DNA of 64,000 bases from Candidatus Spongiisociaceae bacterium (GTDB lineage: Bacteria > Actinomycetota > Acidimicrobiia > Spongiisociales > Spongiisociaceae): contig OZ253564.1 of the NCBI GenBank assembly GCA_965262915.1, positions 4,480,001-4,544,000 on the forward strand, given 5' to 3'. The translations under genes and the position numbers were made by a program. Below, one piece after another: positions 61,490 to 64,000 of the stretch (positions are counted from its first letter, which is position 1; each line of letters starts with the position of its first letter). The notes beneath the pieces are model-generated. The model was given only the letters and a program-made list of their open reading frames with translations. It had not been told where the DNA came from and searched no databases.

Positions 61490-62305
61490 ATGGCCTTTTC
61501 CCCCGCCCTCCGGCACGAGCATCCGATCGCCATGGCCCACCGGGGATCGATGTTGTTGTGGCCCGAGAACACCATGACAGCCTTCCAGAACGCGGTGAAC
61601 CTGGGGTACCTCTACCTCGAGACCGACCTCCGGATCAGCCGCGACGGGGTTCTGGTGACCTTTCACGACGACACGCTCGATCGCACCACCGACGGAACAG
61701 GCCTGGTCTCCGACCACCTGTGGGAGGAACTCGGGCGCCTGGACGCCGGCTACCGGCTCCGCCTGAACGGCGATCACCCCTACCGAGGACAGGGGATCCG
61801 CATACCGACGCTCAAGGAAGTCGTGACCGCCTATCCCGACCGGGTGTTCTCGCTCGACCTCAAGAGCGACGGAATGGAGGAGGCCCTGGTGGAGACCATC
61901 AGCCGTCTGGATCTGTGGGACCGCGTGATCGTGGGATCGTTCAGCGGGGCCCGGCTGCGGCGCTTCCGTTCGCTCGCGGACCGGCCAGTAGCCATGTCGG
62001 CCGGTCCAGGAGAGACGCTCCGGTTCGTGACCGCCACCCGGTTTCGCCTCCCCTACCGGCCGAAGGCCGACTCGTTCCAAGTACCCGTCAAGCACGGCAT
62101 CACCATCGTGAGCGCCCGGACGGTGCGAGCCGCCCGAGAACTCGGCGTGCCGTTGATAGTGTGGACGATCAACGACCGGGGGGAGATGGAGGACCTACTC
62201 GACTTGGGCGTGGACGGCATCATCACCGACCGCCCGGACCTGCTGCGGGAGTTGCTGGACGAACGCAGCCGGGACACCGGACCGAGGGGGGCCGCAGATG
62301 GGTGA
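61490..62305 (+). CDS. Glycerophosphodiester phosphodiesterase
   Basis: AHRG, PENT, ETD, HD, WTIND, GIITDRP. Confidence 0.93.
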   Translation: MAFSPALRHEHPIAMAHRGSMLLWPENTMTAFQNAVNLGYLYLETDLRISRDGVLVTFHDDTLDRTTDGTGLVSDHLWEELGRLDAGYRLRLNGDHPYRGQGIRIPTLKEVVTAYPDRVFSLDLKSDGMEEALVETISRLDLWDRVIVGSFSGARLRRFRSLADRPVAMSAGPGETLRFVTATRFRLPYRPKADSFQVPVKHGITIVSARTVRAARELGVPLIVWTINDRGEMEDLLDLGVDGIITDRPDLLRELLDERSRDTGPRGAADG

Positions 62306-62876
62306 TTGGGTCGATGTCGGGCGGGTCGTCAAGCTCCAGGTCCAGCGAGACCTCCTGCGGCGGGGCCCTGTCTACGGCACGGGGAACCTCGCCGAGGTGT
62401 CGGTTCTGCGCCTCACCCCGGACGGGCCGATCGGGTTCGATGGTTCTTCCTGGATCGTCGACCGCCATCACCGCGCCCATCCGGCATCGGCGCGCTACGA
62501 CCCGGCCCGGGCCCTCTCGATCGGGTTCACCTCGCACTACGAGTACATCTGGGGTCGCTTCGACCCCATCCCGCTCGGATCCGCGGGCGAGAACCTGATA
62601 GTGGAGACGGATCGACTGATTTCCCTCCCCGACCTGGAGGGCGGCATTCGTATCCACAGCTCAGAAGCTTCGGTCGCCATCGGGACCGCGGCCGTCGCCG
62701 AACCCTGCGTGCCGTTCACCCGTTTCGCTACCGGACATCACGACGCCCGGGCCGACGAGATCGTCGAGGAGCGGAACCAATTGCGGCGGGGTATCAGGGG
62801 CTTCGTGATGGCTGTGGACGGCATAGACAACTTCGACATCTCCCCGGGCGCCACGGTGTCGGTCCGCCCCGGCTGA
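62298..62876 (+). CDS. MOSC-domain-like protein
   Basis: GENLIVE, EPC, GIRG. Confidence 0.6.
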   Translation: MGDWVDVGRVVKLQVQRDLLRRGPVYGTGNLAEVSVLRLTPDGPIGFDGSSWIVDRHHRAHPASARYDPARALSIGFTSHYEYIWGRFDPIPLGSAGENLIVETDRLISLPDLEGGIRIHSSEASVAIGTAAVAEPCVPFTRFATGHHDARADEIVEERNQLRRGIRGFVMAVDGIDNFDISPGATVSVRPG

Positions 62877-62992
62877 GCCCGGTGGTCCGCCTCGGTAACA
62901 ACTTGGCGCGCCCTGCCTGGCATCGACGCCACGCGCCGGCGGTGCGCGCCACGGCGCGACCCTGCGGGCACACCGCCGCCACCTGGGGCGTC

Positions 62993-63868
62993 ATGATGGG
63001 AGATCCCGGGGCATCCGGCCCGCCGATCGGTGTGCTCCGTCTCGGAATACTCCTCCTCGTGATGGCGGCGGGCGTCGTGTCCTGCGGCGGGAGCGACGGC
63101 GAGGGCCTGCCAGATGACGCGCTGATCCTGGTCGTGTCGTCGGATCTCTCGGTCGGGCACGAGCGCGTGCTGGTCTCCGCCATCGACCGCGAGAACCGTT
63201 CACTGGTCACCGACCGGCCGGTCCGGCTGGCCTTCTTCGCTCCGGACGGAACAGCGAGAGCGGAGGTGCCGGCGAGCTTCGAGTGGGCGATTCCCGAGGT
63301 CCGCGGCATGTGGGTGGCCAGGGTGGCGTTCGATGTCCCCGGCAACTGGACACCCGCGATCCGGACCCCGGATGACCGCCTGGTGCGCGGCGTCCCGTTC
63401 AGCGTGGCGCCGGAGTCTCTTGCCGTAGCGGTCGGGGATACCGCGCCCGCCTCGCGGTCGAAAACCCTGGCCGGCGGGCCGATCGAGGCGGTCACCACCG
63501 ACCCGGACCCCGATCCCCGCCTCTACGAGACGACGGTGGCCGAGGCGGTCCGGTCGGGCCGCCCGTCGGTGATCGTCTTCGCCACGCCGGCCTTCTGCAC
63601 CAGCCGGACCTGCGGACCGGTGCTGGATTCCGCCAAGGCGCTCCTCGACCGCTACCCGGACGTGAACTGGATCCACGTGGAGGTGTACGACAACCTCGAC
63701 GCGCCCACCACCGAAGCCCTGATCCCGACGGATCCGGTGCTCGAATGGGGCTTGCCCAGCGAGCCGTGGGTGTTCGTGGTGGATGCCGCCGGGATCGTGG
63801 CCGACAGGTTCGAGGGTGTGGTCGGCCGCGCCGAGCTGGACGAGGCACTGGCGCGGGTGACGGCATGA
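62993..63868 (+). CDS. Thioredoxin-fold lipoprotein (CxxxxC)
   Basis: Lipobox VVSC, FATPAFCTSRTCGP, IHVEVY, SEPWVFVVD. Confidence 0.72.
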   Translation: MMGDPGASGPPIGVLRLGILLLVMAAGVVSCGGSDGEGLPDDALILVVSSDLSVGHERVLVSAIDRENRSLVTDRPVRLAFFAPDGTARAEVPASFEWAIPEVRGMWVARVAFDVPGNWTPAIRTPDDRLVRGVPFSVAPESLAVAVGDTAPASRSKTLAGGPIEAVTTDPDPDPRLYETTVAEAVRSGRPSVIVFATPAFCTSRTCGPVLDSAKALLDRYPDVNWIHVEVYDNLDAPTTEALIPTDPVLEWGLPSEPWVFVVDAAGIVADRFEGVVGRAELDEALARVTA

Positions 63869-64000
63869 CCACCACCCTGCGGCCCCACGACGGGTCTCGG
63901 CTTGTTCGCAACCGCGGGAGACCCGTAACATGCGAGAATCCCGCGACGCACCCGCGGTCGAGTCACGAAAGGCAGAGATGAACCGACGCGAGCGGCCGGC

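Noticed and set aside
62306-62992. 520-aa ORF as one protein
   Set aside because: The first ~230 codons overlap the MOSC-like gene out of frame; the signal peptide starts near 62993.

Overview
High-GC bacterial chromosome segment whose gene content (AdnAB-type helicase-nuclease pair, SenX3/RegX3-PhoU-Pst, PolX, ACT-malic enzyme) suggests an actinobacterium, probably Acidimicrobiia-like (inference). The left edge is the end of a decayed integrative element: a terminase-nuclease-like remnant, a P4-type tyrosine integrase and arm-like repeats. Most of the window is housekeeping and catabolic genes. Notable structure: (1) a family of ~100-bp miniature inverted-repeat elements that often start at TAG stop codons. 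One copy is inserted in frame (34 aa) inside the AdnB-like gene, a related element supplies a new C-terminus to a hydrolase, and one copy carries a nested second element. (2) A leaderless 47-aa ORF ending in -LAA behind a PafBC/RecA-NDp-like promoter upstream of adnAB. (3) A signalling cassette (STAS, REC-PP2C, anti-sigma kinase, orphan binding lipoprotein, TorS-like kinase) between a decayed amt copy and an intact amt plus a degenerate PII. (4) A ClpX-type zinc finger fused to a divergent HutI-like amidohydrolase. (5) A tandem acyl-CoA synthetase paralog lacking catalytic lysines. (6) A MocR/aminotransferase/Ald/GcvT-like amine catabolic cluster. No rRNA, tRNA or CRISPR array was recognised. 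All calls are by eye from motifs, without database searches.
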